A stretch of DNA of 64,000 nt from an uncultured Bacilli bacterium (GTDB lineage: Bacteria > Bacillota_I > Bacilli_A > RFN20 > CAG-826): NCBI GenBank assembly GCA_905236715.1, contig CAJOMQ010000004.1:82900-146899 (forward strand), given 5' to 3'. Positions 1-9,817 of the stretch are shown here, one piece after another (positions within the stretch are counted from its first letter, which is position 1; every line of letters begins with the position of its first letter). The translations under genes and the position numbers were made by a program. Under the pieces are notes generated by a model, which saw only the letters and a list, made by a program, of their open reading frames with translations, ran no database searches and was not told where the DNA came from.

Positions 1-434
1 AAAGTAATAACGGGGTAAACAAGCACTAAAGCGTGGGGCTTTGGTAAATGATATCTTTCGTATTCATAACCCATGGTGCCACACAAATGACCACCGGCAG
101 AGAAACCCCAAAGAGATAATTTAGATACATCAATATGCCATTGATCTTGGTTTTCCACTAACATCCTAATGGCGTGAGCTAAATCATCTTGTGGCCCGGG
201 GTAATGGGCTCTTTTTCTAAAGGCATAGCGCAAAACAAAAGCGTTAACACCTTTGCTATTTAAGTATTCCGCAATTGGTTTTCCTTCTTTTGAATCACAT
301 ACCATCTTATATCCACCACCGGGGCAAATAATTGCGCAGGGATGAATAGAGTTATCATCGATGAGATATGGGGTCAAAACGAAAACATTGTCAACGTTAC
401 ATTCTTGAATATATTTTGCCCAAGCTCTGCACAT
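1..434 (-). CDS. alpha/beta-hydrolase fold esterase/lipase-like protein, N-terminal part only (gene runs off the left window edge)
   Basis: Not in ORF track because there is no stop in the window. My minus-strand translation from ATG at 434: MCRAWAKYIQECNVDNVFVLTPYLIDDNSIHPCAIICPGGGYKMV...LSLWGFSAGGHLCG. It has a PGGG oxyanion-hole-like motif and a G-F-S-A-G nucleophile elbow (GxSxG). Confidence 0.6.
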   Translation of the reverse strand, partial: MCRAWAKYIQECNVDNVFVLTPYLIDDNSIHPCAIICPGGGYKMVCDSKEGKPIAEYLNSKGVNAFVLRYAFRKRAHYPGPQDDLAHAIRMLVENQDQWHIDVSKLSLWGFSAGGHLCGTMGYEYERYHLPKPHALVLVYPVIT

Positions 435-446
435 ATTACGTAATAG

Positions 447-469
447 AAAAAATCTCGTTTGAAACGAGA
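447..469 (-). terminator. rho-independent terminator after rpmE
   Basis: Inverted repeat tctcgtt/aacgaga (453-469). On the minus strand it is followed by a U-run (forward A-run 447-452), 10 nt after the rpmE stop. Confidence 0.7.
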
Positions 470-478
470 CTTTTTATC

Positions 479-691
479 TTATTTCTTGTCTTCTAAACCG
501 TATTTACGATTGAATTTCGCTACGCGGCCATCAGATTGTACATATCTTTGTTTGCCAGTATAGAAAGTGTGACAATTAGAGCATGTATCAACTTTAATTT
601 CTTTTAATGTTGAACCGGTTTCGAAGGTATTTCCACAAGAGATGCATGTGACAACACAACGATTATATTGTGGATGGATTCCTTTTTTCAT
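479..691 (-). CDS. rpmE: 50S ribosomal protein L31 (Zn-ribbon form)
   Basis: [10 protein letters not shown]...CISCGN...[12 protein letters not shown] is the canonical L31 sequence with two CxxC pairs. I moved the start to ATG 691, which has SD ggaaggag upstream, instead of the ORF-track start at 766. Confidence 0.95.
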   Translation of the reverse strand: MKKGIHPQYNRCVVTCISCGNTFETGSTLKEIKVDTCSNCHTFYTGKQRYVQSDGRVAKFNRKYGLEDKK

Positions 692-796
692 AAATGTTTC
701 TCCTTCCGCCTTGGAATTTACTTTATCCAAAGAAAGTTTTGCGAGATTGATATTACCATAATACAATTATGAATAGCAATTAAAATTTCTTGGAAT

Positions 797-1498
797 ATGA
801 AAAAAGCCTTCATAAAAAATATCATCGCAATGATCATCGCCGCGTTCATCGCGATTTCCACCACTATCATTACTTTGACATATGTTTTTAAGAAAACGGG
901 CACTGATCCAGAATCAGCAACGGCGATTGGTGTGAATTTCTTTCGTTATTACACTTCTGATTCCAATATTTTAGTGGCTATTATTTCCACGATTATTTTT
1001 GTTTATTGCTTACAAAACATTATCAAAAAGAAAGATGAAATGCCTTTGTGGCTGATTGTTTTATTTTTAGTGGGTGTGACCGGAACGACAGTCACCTTTT
1101 TGACCACTACTTTCTTTTTGTCACCCATCAGTGCAGCGATGGGAAATGGTTATTTCACTCTCTTTGCGGGATATCTATTCTTCTTACATTTTTTAAATCC
1201 CGTCTTAGCGTTAGTTCTCATTCTTGTTTTATTAAATTATCATCGCTTAAATTGGAAACACGCATTGATGTGCGCTATCACCGTTGTTATTTATTCTTTC
1301 ATCTATACACCATGTGTTTTAACTAATACTTGGCCTGATTTTTATGGCTTTACTTTTGGTGGTAAATTATGGCTTGCTCCTCTTTCATTATTAGCGATGT
1401 ATGGCGTGGGAATTGGTCTTGGTTTTATTTTGGTTTTACTGCATAATTTAACGATAAAAAGGTCACTTGCAACCGAAAGTTGCGCAAATTCTAACTAG
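797..1498 (+). CDS. polytopic membrane protein, possibly Pr6Pr / FAR-17a-AIG1-like
   Basis: 233 aa with about 6 hydrophobic segments. The FFRYYTSDSNILVAI segment resembles the YFT..SN motif I recall for the Pr6Pr family. No SD seen. Confidence 0.45.
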   Translation: MKKAFIKNIIAMIIAAFIAISTTIITLTYVFKKTGTDPESATAIGVNFFRYYTSDSNILVAIISTIIFVYCLQNIIKKKDEMPLWLIVLFLVGVTGTTVTFLTTTFFLSPISAAMGNGYFTLFAGYLFFLHFLNPVLALVLILVLLNYHRLNWKHALMCAITVVIYSFIYTPCVLTNTWPDFYGFTFGGKLWLAPLSLLAMYGVGIGLGFILVLLHNLTIKRSLATESCANSN

Positions 1499-1563
1499 AG
1501 TTGGTGGCGCAACCAAAAAGAAAATTGCTACATTGATGTTGTAAAGAGGATGGACACAACGTT

Positions 1564-2367
1564 ATGAACATGGAAATTGCTAATCGTTTAGTTAAATTAA
1601 GAAAACAAGCGGGATTATCACAAGAAGAACTCGCGGAAAAATTAGGTATCTCTCGTCAAGCTATCAGTAAATGGGAGTGTGGAGAAGCTTCTCCTGATAC
1701 TGATAATTTAATAGCGTTAGCCCAATTATATGGTGTTTCTTTAGATGAATTGTTATTGGGCAAAGAGAAAGATGATGAAAACCCAAAACAAGATAATAAC
1801 AATAAGACAGGAAAGTCTATTGATTTAGGTAATGGCGCAATTCACGTGGAAACCGAAAAAGGTGAAAAGGTTCACATCTCTGGAAATCAAATTCATGTCG
1901 TTGATGAAGATGGACAAGAAATAAATATCAATGGTTCTGGTATTCATATCAACCCTTCAAATGACAATCGCACCGATGAACAAAAAAGAAAAGACAGAAT
2001 TATATATGGCGCATTAAGTGGTATTCTTTATGCTTTAGCGCTTACCGCTTATCTCTTATTGGGCTTCTTATTGAACATGTGGTCCACGATGTGGATATTG
2101 TTCTTTGTGCCCGATATCATTCTCTCATTATATAAAGCCATCAGAAACAAAAGACCAAAAGAATTCAATATTACATTTGTATCATTATTTGTTTTCTTTT
2201 TGATCTGTTTAGTTTTATTCCCTGAACAAAAACTCTGGCATCCAATGTGGGCGGTATTTCTCGCTATTCCCCTATATTATGTGGTTGTGGGTGGCATTGA
2301 ATCATTAGTGGAAATAAACAAAAACAAAAAGAATAATATCGTAATTGAAGAAAAGGTAGATGAGTAA
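1564..2367 (+). CDS. XRE-family HTH protein with C-terminal transmembrane domain
   Basis: The N-terminus LRKQAGLSQEELAEKLGISRQAISKWECGEASPDTDNLIALAQLYGVSLDELL is a classic Cro/C1 HTH. The C-terminal 120 aa has about 4 hydrophobic helices. Confidence 0.8.
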   Translation: MNMEIANRLVKLRKQAGLSQEELAEKLGISRQAISKWECGEASPDTDNLIALAQLYGVSLDELLLGKEKDDENPKQDNNNKTGKSIDLGNGAIHVETEKGEKVHISGNQIHVVDEDGQEININGSGIHINPSNDNRTDEQKRKDRIIYGALSGILYALALTAYLLLGFLLNMWSTMWILFFVPDIILSLYKAIRNKRPKEFNITFVSLFVFFLICLVLFPEQKLWHPMWAVFLAIPLYYVVVGGIESLVEINKNKKNNIVIEEKVDE

Positions 2368-2419
2368 TCATCTTCTTTTTTTCTAATTGTTTTTTTGCTC
2401 GTTAGTGTATACTAAAAAC

Positions 2420-2785
2420 ATGCAAGTGTTAGAATCTGCCGAAGATTATTTAGAACGAATTCTCATCCTTTCGGAGAAATTAGAAAAAGTGAGAGAAATA
2501 GATATCGTTAACGATATGGGTTTTTCTAAACCCTCCGTTTCTATTGCTATGAAAAAATTAAAAGATAATGGTTATATCGTTATCGAAAATGGGGCATTAA
2601 CATTAACCCCACAAGGCTACGCGATCGCGGAAAAAATATATGAAAGACATAAGATATTAACCAAGGGTTTTGTCTTATTGGGTGTAGATGAAGAAACCGC
2701 GGCGAAAGATGCTTGCAAAATTGAACACGATTTATCCGATGAAACATTCGCAAAGATAAAAGAACAGGTAGAAAAACATGGCTAA
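2420..2785 (+). CDS. mntR: DtxR/MntR-family metal-dependent transcriptional regulator
   Basis: MQVLESAEDYLERILIL...GFSKPSVSIAMKKLKDNGYI...YERHKILTKGF matches the DtxR N-terminal wHTH plus dimerisation pattern. I prefer ATG 2420 over the TTG at 2387 used by the ORF track. Confidence 0.75.
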   Translation: MQVLESAEDYLERILILSEKLEKVREIDIVNDMGFSKPSVSIAMKKLKDNGYIVIENGALTLTPQGYAIAEKIYERHKILTKGFVLLGVDEETAAKDACKIEHDLSDETFAKIKEQVEKHG

Positions 2786-3842
2786 AATTCGCATTAATAT
2801 GCTTTCACAAGCCACCTCAGTGGATGGACAAGGTGTGGGTTCCGCTTATTTAGAAATGGTCGCTCTTGTCAAGGAATGTGATGATATCTTTACGGTTGCC
2901 ACGAATTCCAAAAGTAGTAAATTTGATATTTATCACATGCACACAGTGAACCCATCATATCGTATGCGTTTTAACAAAAAACATGTCAATGTCGCTTATG
3001 TTCACTTCATACCTTCCACATTAGATGGGTCTTTAAAGATGCCCAAATTATTCTTTAAAGTTTTTAAAAAATATGTCATCAAGACTTATCGTAAAGCGGA
3101 TGAAATTGTCGTTGTGAATCCTTCTTTTATTCCCCCACTTATGGAATTAGGAATTAAAAGAGAAAACATCACCTATATTCCTAATTTTGTTGATCATGAA
3201 ACATTCCATAAAATTAGTGAAGAAGAAAGAAATGCTTTAAGAGATAAATATAATATTCCTCACGACAAATTTGTGGTCATGGGGTGTGGACAAGTACAAA
3301 CTAGAAAAGGTGTCCTAGACTATGTGGAAGTCGCCAAAAGAAATCCCGATAAAGTCTTTGTCTGGGCGGGTGGTTTTTCTTTCGGAAAAATGACTGACGG
3401 GTATAAAGAATTAAAAGCTATCATGGATAACCCACCCGAAAATGTGAAATTTATTGGTATTATTCCGCGAACCGAAATGAATGGTATCTTCAATTTATGC
3501 GACATGTTATTCATGCCATCACTAAGTGAATTATTCCCGATGTCCATCTTAGAAGCGGTTAATAGCCAAAAGCCGGTTTTATTAAGAGACTTGAAATTAT
3601 ATGAAGAAATATTATTCAAAGATAAAAATTGTTATGCGGTAGGAAGTAATGTTGAGGAATTCGATGAACAAGTGAAAAAATTAGCCTCCGATAAAAAGTA
3701 TTACGAAAGCTACGCAAAAGGAAGCCAGGTCATATCTGATTTTTATAGCAAAGAACATGTCAAAAATATTTGGCGAGAATATTATCCAAGAATATTAGAA
3801 AAGTGGCGGGATAAGAAAAAGATTAAACCCGCAAAAGAATAA
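2778..3842 (+). CDS. GT4-family (GT-B) glycosyltransferase, glycolipid-synthase-like
   Basis: 354 aa. The C-terminal half has FMPSLSELFPMSILEA (an E-x7-E motif) and a GGFSFG region typical of GT4. Its start overlaps the mntR stop by 8 nt. Confidence 0.75.
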   Translation: MAKIRINMLSQATSVDGQGVGSAYLEMVALVKECDDIFTVATNSKSSKFDIYHMHTVNPSYRMRFNKKHVNVAYVHFIPSTLDGSLKMPKLFFKVFKKYVIKTYRKADEIVVVNPSFIPPLMELGIKRENITYIPNFVDHETFHKISEEERNALRDKYNIPHDKFVVMGCGQVQTRKGVLDYVEVAKRNPDKVFVWAGGFSFGKMTDGYKELKAIMDNPPENVKFIGIIPRTEMNGIFNLCDMLFMPSLSELFPMSILEAVNSQKPVLLRDLKLYEEILFKDKNCYAVGSNVEEFDEQVKKLASDKKYYESYAKGSQVISDFYSKEHVKNIWREYYPRILEKWRDKKKIKPAKE

Positions 3843-3846
3843 GAAT

Positions 3847-3873
3847 GAGCCAAGCCAATGGCTCTTTTCTTTT
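3847..3873 (+). terminator. rho-independent terminator after GT4 gene
   Basis: Stem gagcca(3847-3852)/tggctc(3859-3864), 6-nt loop, then ttttctttt. Confidence 0.75.
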
Positions 3874-3974
3874 CTTATCAATTGACAAATAGGAAAAATT
3901 ATCACGAATAAATGCATTATTTTATCTTTTTAATGTGTTTATGATATAATCATCACATTAACAGGAGGCAACTT

Positions 3975-5378
3975 ATGATTAGTAAAAAGTTAGCTTTATT
4001 AGTCATTAACGAAGCACTCGCCACCGGTGCGGATTATGCAGAAATCTTTTATGAAGATTCCACTGCTTATTCATTAATGATTGAAAATGGAAAAGTAAGA
4101 ACTAGTTCTTCTAATTCCATGTGTGGTGTTGGCTTACGTTTATTGAAACAAAATCAATGTGTTTATGGTTACACAAATGACTTAAGTAAGAAAGGATTAC
4201 TTGCTTTAGCATCATCATTAAATAAATCATTCCACGATAAAAGATTATTGACCGTGGAAAAATTCACGATGATTAAAAGTAAAAATAGAAATCCCGTTAC
4301 TAATAGTTATGACAATATTTCTCGCGAAGAAAAAATAGCCTTAGTAAGAGAAGGTATTGATGAAATTGAAAGCATGAAAGACCCACGTATCGTCAGATAC
4401 ATCGGTAGTTTCGCTAATAATCATCGCTTTGTCGCCGTCTTTAATTCCAAAGGCAAATGGTTCCAACGTGACAGTGAATTTGCCCGTTTAGTCTATAGTG
4501 TTGTCGCCGCGGATGCGACTGGTTTTGAAACCGGTTTTGAAGGTCCTGGTGCGCAACAAGATATCAGCTATTTCAAAACGGAAAAAGTTAATCCAAGAAA
4601 AGCTGCGAGAAAAGCTGCGGAACAAGCTTTGAAAAATTTAGGCGCGAAAGAATGCCCAAGTGGCAAAATGCCAGTCGTTATTGGTAATGGCTGGGGTGGT
4701 GTCTTATTCCACGAATCATGTGGCCACCCATTAGAAGCTAGCGCTATTGCTAAAGGTTTATCATGCTTCAATGGTAAATATGGTGAGATGATCGCTTCAC
4801 CCCTTGTCAGTGCGGTCGATGATAGCACCATTCCACAAGCGTGGGGTTCCATCGATATCGATGATGAAGGTAATTTAGGTAGCAAACGTCAATTAATCAA
4901 AGATGGTAAATTGACCGATTATATGATTGATGACTTCAATGGTCGTCGTATGAATCGTGAAGGTAATGGAGCGTGTCGTAGACAAAATTATCGTTATTGC
5001 CCAACTTCCAGAATGAGCAATACCTATATTGAAAACGGTAAATCCACACCCGAAGAAATTATCAAAGCCACTAAATTAGGTTTATACGCGGTGGGCTTTG
5101 CGGGTGGATCTGTTGATCCCACCACCGGCGAATTCAATTTCGGATGTAGCGAAGCTTATATCATTAGAGATGGTAAAGTTTGTGAACCAGTCAAAGGTGC
5201 TACTTTAATTGGCAAAGGCTCCGAAATTTTAAAAAATATCGACATGGTTGGTAATGATTTAGATTTAGGTCAAGGTATGTGTGGAGCCGCTTCTGGTTCA
5301 ATTCGCACCAATGTTGGTCAGCCAACATTACGCATTAGTGAAGTCACCGTCGGTGGCCGCGGAGGAGAATTAAAGTAA
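3975..5378 (+). CDS. tldD: TldD metalloprotease
   Basis: 467 aa with the HESCGHPLE (HExxxH) motif and a C-terminal GGRGG. SD caggagg lies 6 nt upstream. Confidence 0.9.
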   Translation: MISKKLALLVINEALATGADYAEIFYEDSTAYSLMIENGKVRTSSSNSMCGVGLRLLKQNQCVYGYTNDLSKKGLLALASSLNKSFHDKRLLTVEKFTMIKSKNRNPVTNSYDNISREEKIALVREGIDEIESMKDPRIVRYIGSFANNHRFVAVFNSKGKWFQRDSEFARLVYSVVAADATGFETGFEGPGAQQDISYFKTEKVNPRKAARKAAEQALKNLGAKECPSGKMPVVIGNGWGGVLFHESCGHPLEASAIAKGLSCFNGKYGEMIASPLVSAVDDSTIPQAWGSIDIDDEGNLGSKRQLIKDGKLTDYMIDDFNGRRMNREGNGACRRQNYRYCPTSRMSNTYIENGKSTPEEIIKATKLGLYAVGFAGGSVDPTTGEFNFGCSEAYIIRDGKVCEPVKGATLIGKGSEILKNIDMVGNDLDLGQGMCGAASGSIRTNVGQPTLRISEVTVGGRGGELK

Positions 5379-5379
5379 T

Positions 5380-6702
5380 ATGAAATACGATAAATTTTTC
5401 ACCCTTGCTAAAGAAGCGGGTATTGAAGAAGCCGAATTATATATTGGATGTTCAAAGAGCTTATCCATTAGTTTATTCCATGGTGAAGTCGATAATTATA
5501 GCGATGATACTGGTTACACCATTTTGGCTAGGGGTTTAGTCAATGGCAAATGTGGTACCGCCACATGCGATGTCTGGAATAATGAAAAAGCCAAATATCT
5601 TGTTGATGCTATCGCCGCGAATGCGAAAGTCATTGAAAACGATGATCCTATTTTCATTTTTGAAGGTTCACCAAAATACAAAAAAGTTCATTCCTATAAT
5701 AAAGAATTAGGACAAATTAGTATCGATAAAAAATTAGAATTATTACACCAATTAGAACAAAAAATTCAAGTTGGTGATCCACGTATTATTGAAGTGGGCG
5801 GTGTTGAATATAGCGAATCAGAAGAAAGTGTCACCTTAATTAACACCAAGGGATTAAAATTAACACAAAAATCCAATTATTTTGTTTATGTTGGTTCCGC
5901 GGTCGCTAAAGAAGGCGAACAAGTTAAATCTGGTTATGAATTATTCTTAGGTAATAATTTTGCGGAATTCAACGTTGATGAATTAGCCAAAAAAGTCTGC
6001 AAAACCACTGTCGATCAATTAGGTGGAGAACCATGCAAATCTGGTAAATATAAAGCAGTATTATCTCCCGAAGTTGTGAAATCATTAATGTCTTTCTATG
6101 TCAATTCCGCAGATGCTGAAGAAATTCAAAAACATTCTTCCTTATTTATCGGTAAATTAGGACAAAAAGTGGCATCAAGTAAAGTCACCGTCGAAGATAG
6201 ACCATTATCAAAAAATGTCTTTGCTAAATCATTTGATGATGAAGGCGTTGCCACTTATAACAAACCCATTATCAAAAATGGTGTTTTACAAACCTATTTA
6301 TATAATTTAACCACCGCTGCCAAAGATGGTGTCCAATCCACTGGTAATGCTTCTCGTGGCGGTTCATTAATTGGTATCGCCCCAAACTTCTTATATATGA
6401 AACCCGGTAAGAAGAGCCAAGAAGAATTATTCAAAGAAGTGGGTGAAGGCGTTTATATCACTGATGTTCAAGGATTACATGCTGGTATGAATCCTCAATC
6501 TGGTAATTTCTCCTTACAATCAACTGGCTATCTCATTAAGGATGGTAAACGTGATAGAGGATTAGACATTATCACTGTTTCTGGTAATTTAGTGGATGTC
6601 TTCATGGATATTAAAGAAGTGGGAAATGATGAAACTGTCTTCCCAAGTGGCGTCAGCTGTCCATCAGTGTTAATTAAGAAAATTAATGTCGGTGGTAAAT
6701 AA
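5380..6702 (+). CDS. pmbA: PmbA/TldE partner of TldD
   Basis: 440 aa paralogous to TldD but lacking HExxxH. It starts 1 nt after the tldD stop and has SD ggagga. Confidence 0.85.
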   Translation: MKYDKFFTLAKEAGIEEAELYIGCSKSLSISLFHGEVDNYSDDTGYTILARGLVNGKCGTATCDVWNNEKAKYLVDAIAANAKVIENDDPIFIFEGSPKYKKVHSYNKELGQISIDKKLELLHQLEQKIQVGDPRIIEVGGVEYSESEESVTLINTKGLKLTQKSNYFVYVGSAVAKEGEQVKSGYELFLGNNFAEFNVDELAKKVCKTTVDQLGGEPCKSGKYKAVLSPEVVKSLMSFYVNSADAEEIQKHSSLFIGKLGQKVASSKVTVEDRPLSKNVFAKSFDDEGVATYNKPIIKNGVLQTYLYNLTTAAKDGVQSTGNASRGGSLIGIAPNFLYMKPGKKSQEELFKEVGEGVYITDVQGLHAGMNPQSGNFSLQSTGYLIKDGKRDRGLDIITVSGNLVDVFMDIKEVGNDETVFPSGVSCPSVLIKKINVGGK

Positions 6703-6718
6703 ATAGATAATTAAAAAG

Positions 6719-6748
6719 CAACATTGGTTGAACCATTGTTGTTTTTTA
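6719..6748 (+). terminator. rho-independent terminator after pmbA
   Basis: Stem caacattgg(6719-6727)/ccattgttg(6733-6741) with one mismatch and a 5-nt loop, followed by tttttt. Confidence 0.75.
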
Positions 6749-6791
6749 TTACAACAAATATAATAATTAAGAAAATAGCGAGGGCTCGATA

Positions 6792-8024
6792 ATGAGAAAA
6801 GAAACCAAACAATTATTCCATCAATATGGTATCGACGTTAATAAAGCATTAAAAACATTGAAAAACACCCCCATTTCCATTCAATGTTGGCAATTAGATG
6901 ATGTGCAAGGATTTGAAAACGCTGATTCTTTATCAGGTGGTATTCAATCAACAGGGGATTATCCCGGAAAAGCCCGTAATTTTAAAGAATGGCAATCTGA
7001 TATGGATGTGGCTTTAAAATTAATCCCAGGTACCAAAAGAATTAATGTCCACGCCTGCTATCAAACTAATAATGTTACTGATCGCGGTGAAGCGGGACCA
7101 GAACAATATAAAGATTGGGTAAAATACGCTAAAGAAAGAAACTTAGGATTAGATTTTAATCCCACGATTTTCTCCAGTCCTCGTATGAATGATGGATTAT
7201 CATTATCTTCTCCTGATAAAGCTACTAGAGATTATTGGATTAAACATTGCATTAATTCCATTAAAGTCAGTGAATATTTTGCTACCGAATTAGGTTCTTC
7301 CAGTTTATGTAATATTTGGATTCCTGATGGCTTAAAAGAACAACCCGCGGATAGAATGGGGCCAAGAGAAAGATTGAAAGATTCTTTAGACCAAATATTA
7401 GCCTATCCATATGATAAAAAGAAAGTCGATGTATCCGTTGAATCAAAAGTCTTCGGTATCGGTATTGAATCGTATACTGTGGGAAGCAACGAATTCTATA
7501 TTCAATATGCCCAAAAGAACAATATTATCTACTTATTAGATATGGGTCATTTCCACCCCACAGAAGTCGTCGCTGATAAGATTTCTTCTTGGTTGTTGTT
7601 TAATAAGAAAGTCGCTTTCCATGTCTCTCGCCCAGTGCGTTGGGATAGCGATCACGTTATTAAATTAAATGATGATTTACAAGAAGTCGCAGATGAATTA
7701 GTGAAACTTGATGCCTTAAAAAGAGCGAGAATTGGCTTAGATTTCTTTGATGGTTCCATTAACAGAATCGCCGCGATTGTCATTGGCACAAGAAATATGC
7801 AAAAAGCCCTTTTAAAAGCGTTATTAACACCTTGGAATCTTCTTAAAGAAGCCCAAGATAATCAAGACCATACACGCGTATTAGAATTACAAGAAGAAAT
7901 AAAAACACTTCCTTGGCAAGAAGTTTGGAATGAATTTTTAAAACAAGAAAATGTTCCTAGCGAACAAGATTGGTTACCAATCGTTAAACAGTACGAACAA
8001 CAAATACAATTAAAAAGAAAATAA
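6792..8024 (+). CDS. rhaA: L-rhamnose isomerase
   Basis: 410 aa. ISIQCWQLDDVQGFE, DFNPTIFS and HFHPTE match my recollection of conserved RhaA blocks. Confidence 0.85.
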   Translation: MRKETKQLFHQYGIDVNKALKTLKNTPISIQCWQLDDVQGFENADSLSGGIQSTGDYPGKARNFKEWQSDMDVALKLIPGTKRINVHACYQTNNVTDRGEAGPEQYKDWVKYAKERNLGLDFNPTIFSSPRMNDGLSLSSPDKATRDYWIKHCINSIKVSEYFATELGSSSLCNIWIPDGLKEQPADRMGPRERLKDSLDQILAYPYDKKKVDVSVESKVFGIGIESYTVGSNEFYIQYAQKNNIIYLLDMGHFHPTEVVADKISSWLLFNKKVAFHVSRPVRWDSDHVIKLNDDLQEVADELVKLDALKRARIGLDFFDGSINRIAAIVIGTRNMQKALLKALLTPWNLLKEAQDNQDHTRVLELQEEIKTLPWQEVWNEFLKQENVPSEQDWLPIVKQYEQQIQLKRK

Positions 8025-8945
8025 TTATTTATTAAATAATTCGTTAAATTCTTTTGGCATCGGTGCTTTAAAAGATAATTTTTTGCCTGTCACCGGGTGT
8101 TTTAATTCTAAACAATAAGCGTGAAGTCCTAATCTTTTAATCGGATTAGATGGCTGACCATATTTATCATCACCAATAATGTAATGGCCTAAATCCCCCA
8201 TATGGACACGGATTTGATTCTTTCTTCCGGAATCAATATCAACATCTAATAAAGAATATTTATCGTTACTTTTAATGACTTTGTAATGGGTAATTGCGAG
8301 TTGACCATCACCCGCTTTTTTGGAAGAATACATCATATTTTGAGCGTTCTTTTTTAAATATGATTTAATCGTGCCACTTGGTTTTTCCATGACCCCTTCC
8401 ACGACCGCATAATATCCCCGCTTAGTGACTAATTGATTCCAATTATCTTTATCAGTTAATAAATGGGCAATTTTCTCTTTTTTAGCAAACATTAAAACAC
8501 CAGAAGTATCTTCATCAATACGATGAACGATATACGCTCTATTATGCTTATCTTTTTGTTGTAAATAATCATTCACCATCCGGAAAGCGGTGCTTCCTTT
8601 TTCATTATCGCTAGGAACCGATAATAATTTGGATGGTTTATTGATAACAATTAATTCATCATTTTCAAAAATAATAGGTAAATTATGTCTAATTTTTTTC
8701 TTAATGGGATTTTTGGTAATGATCACTACATCTTTCGGTGTTAATTGAAAATTAAATTGGGTGACAGGTGCACCATTGACACTAACGCGATGGGAAGATA
8801 ATAAAGACTTTACTGAATTACGGGATTGCGAAGAGAAAGTTTTTAATAAGAAAGTTAAAAGCTCACAAGGTTCATTAACTGGATATTCCTTGATGTCTTT
8901 ATAATCTTTGGTTTTCGTAATGGTTTTATCCTGGTTTTTATTCAT
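8025..8945 (-). CDS. RluA-family 23S rRNA pseudouridine synthase (RluD-like, with S4 domain)
   Basis: HRIDEDTSGVLMFAK is the catalytic Asp motif and KNQIRVHM is a C-terminal motif. The N-terminal part is an S4-like RNA-binding region. Confidence 0.85.
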   Translation of the reverse strand: MNKNQDKTITKTKDYKDIKEYPVNEPCELLTFLLKTFSSQSRNSVKSLLSSHRVSVNGAPVTQFNFQLTPKDVVIITKNPIKKKIRHNLPIIFENDELIVINKPSKLLSVPSDNEKGSTAFRMVNDYLQQKDKHNRAYIVHRIDEDTSGVLMFAKKEKIAHLLTDKDNWNQLVTKRGYYAVVEGVMEKPSGTIKSYLKKNAQNMMYSSKKAGDGQLAITHYKVIKSNDKYSLLDVDIDSGRKNQIRVHMGDLGHYIIGDDKYGQPSNPIKRLGLHAYCLELKHPVTGKKLSFKAPMPKEFNELFNK

Positions 8946-8946
8946 A

Positions 8947-9816
8947 TTAACTTAATTTTCTTAAAATCATTTCTCCCACCGCTTTAGCGACATTGAGATG
9001 GGTGACATTTTCAAATACTTCAAAGAAGGCATTGGAATTAATTTCACATAAAATGGGTTCATCATTTTGATCAATTAATAAGTCAATTCCAGCATATTCA
9101 ATATTTAATTTATCAGCGATATCTTGCGCAAAAGCGAGATATTTTTCACCATTAAATAATTGTTCACTACCTGCGGTGTCACCAAAATTACTACGGAAAT
9201 CAGTTTTATTTTCACGGATAAACGCACCGAAAACTTTGCCATCAATAATTAGCACTCTGATTGATTTACCAAAACTCGAGGGAATATATTCTTGAAAGAC
9301 AATCGGATTAGTGGCGATTTCTGCATATATTTGTTTTAATTCTTCATGATTATGCGCTAAATAAACGCCTTCTCCTAAAGAGCCATAAACTTTTTTCACC
9401 ACCATCGGGAAACCAAGTTGTTTTTCAACCTCGGTAAGAAAAGAAAAATTAGATTCTTTTATATCATAATAAACAAGAGGGCCAGATATAGTTTTGGGCA
9501 TTTTTATACCCATATTCGCACAGCCAATAAAGGTGAGCATTTTATCATCACAAAATTTAATAAAATCTGCTTTATTGAATAAACGATATTCCGCTTTTTC
9601 TAATAAACGGGCTAAATAGATATCTTTATCAAGATATAAAACAAAGTCTGCTTTAGGCAGTTTGATTTGTACATTATTATCTTTGATGATGGCTAATGTT
9701 CCATCATTAACAAAAACATCTAAGGAGATTCCTAATTTAACAAATTCTTCTTTGAATCTATCTATTTTATAGGCATTATGTCCTATTTCTTGATTATGGA
9801 TTATAAGGCCATACAT
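8947..9816 (-). CDS. RimK-type ATP-grasp ligase (alpha-L-glutamate ligase family)
   Basis: Carries ATP-grasp blocks GFPMVVKKVYGSLGEGV, FQEYI and AGIDLL...EINSN. I prefer ATG 9816 (MYGLIIHN), which lies 1 nt after the upstream stop, over the ORF-track start at 9867. Confidence 0.75.
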   Translation of the reverse strand: MYGLIIHNQEIGHNAYKIDRFKEEFVKLGISLDVFVNDGTLAIIKDNNVQIKLPKADFVLYLDKDIYLARLLEKAEYRLFNKADFIKFCDDKMLTFIGCANMGIKMPKTISGPLVYYDIKESNFSFLTEVEKQLGFPMVVKKVYGSLGEGVYLAHNHEELKQIYAEIATNPIVFQEYIPSSFGKSIRVLIIDGKVFGAFIRENKTDFRSNFGDTAGSEQLFNGEKYLAFAQDIADKLNIEYAGIDLLIDQNDEPILCEINSNAFFEVFENVTHLNVAKAVGEMILRKLS

Positions 9817-9817
9817 A

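Noticed and set aside
718-1326. Overlapping ORFs 718-903 (minus) and 1048-1326 (plus) inside or next to the 797-1498 membrane-protein gene.
   Set aside because: They are alternative-frame or antisense products of a hydrophobic gene, with compositionally biased translations and no independent start signals.
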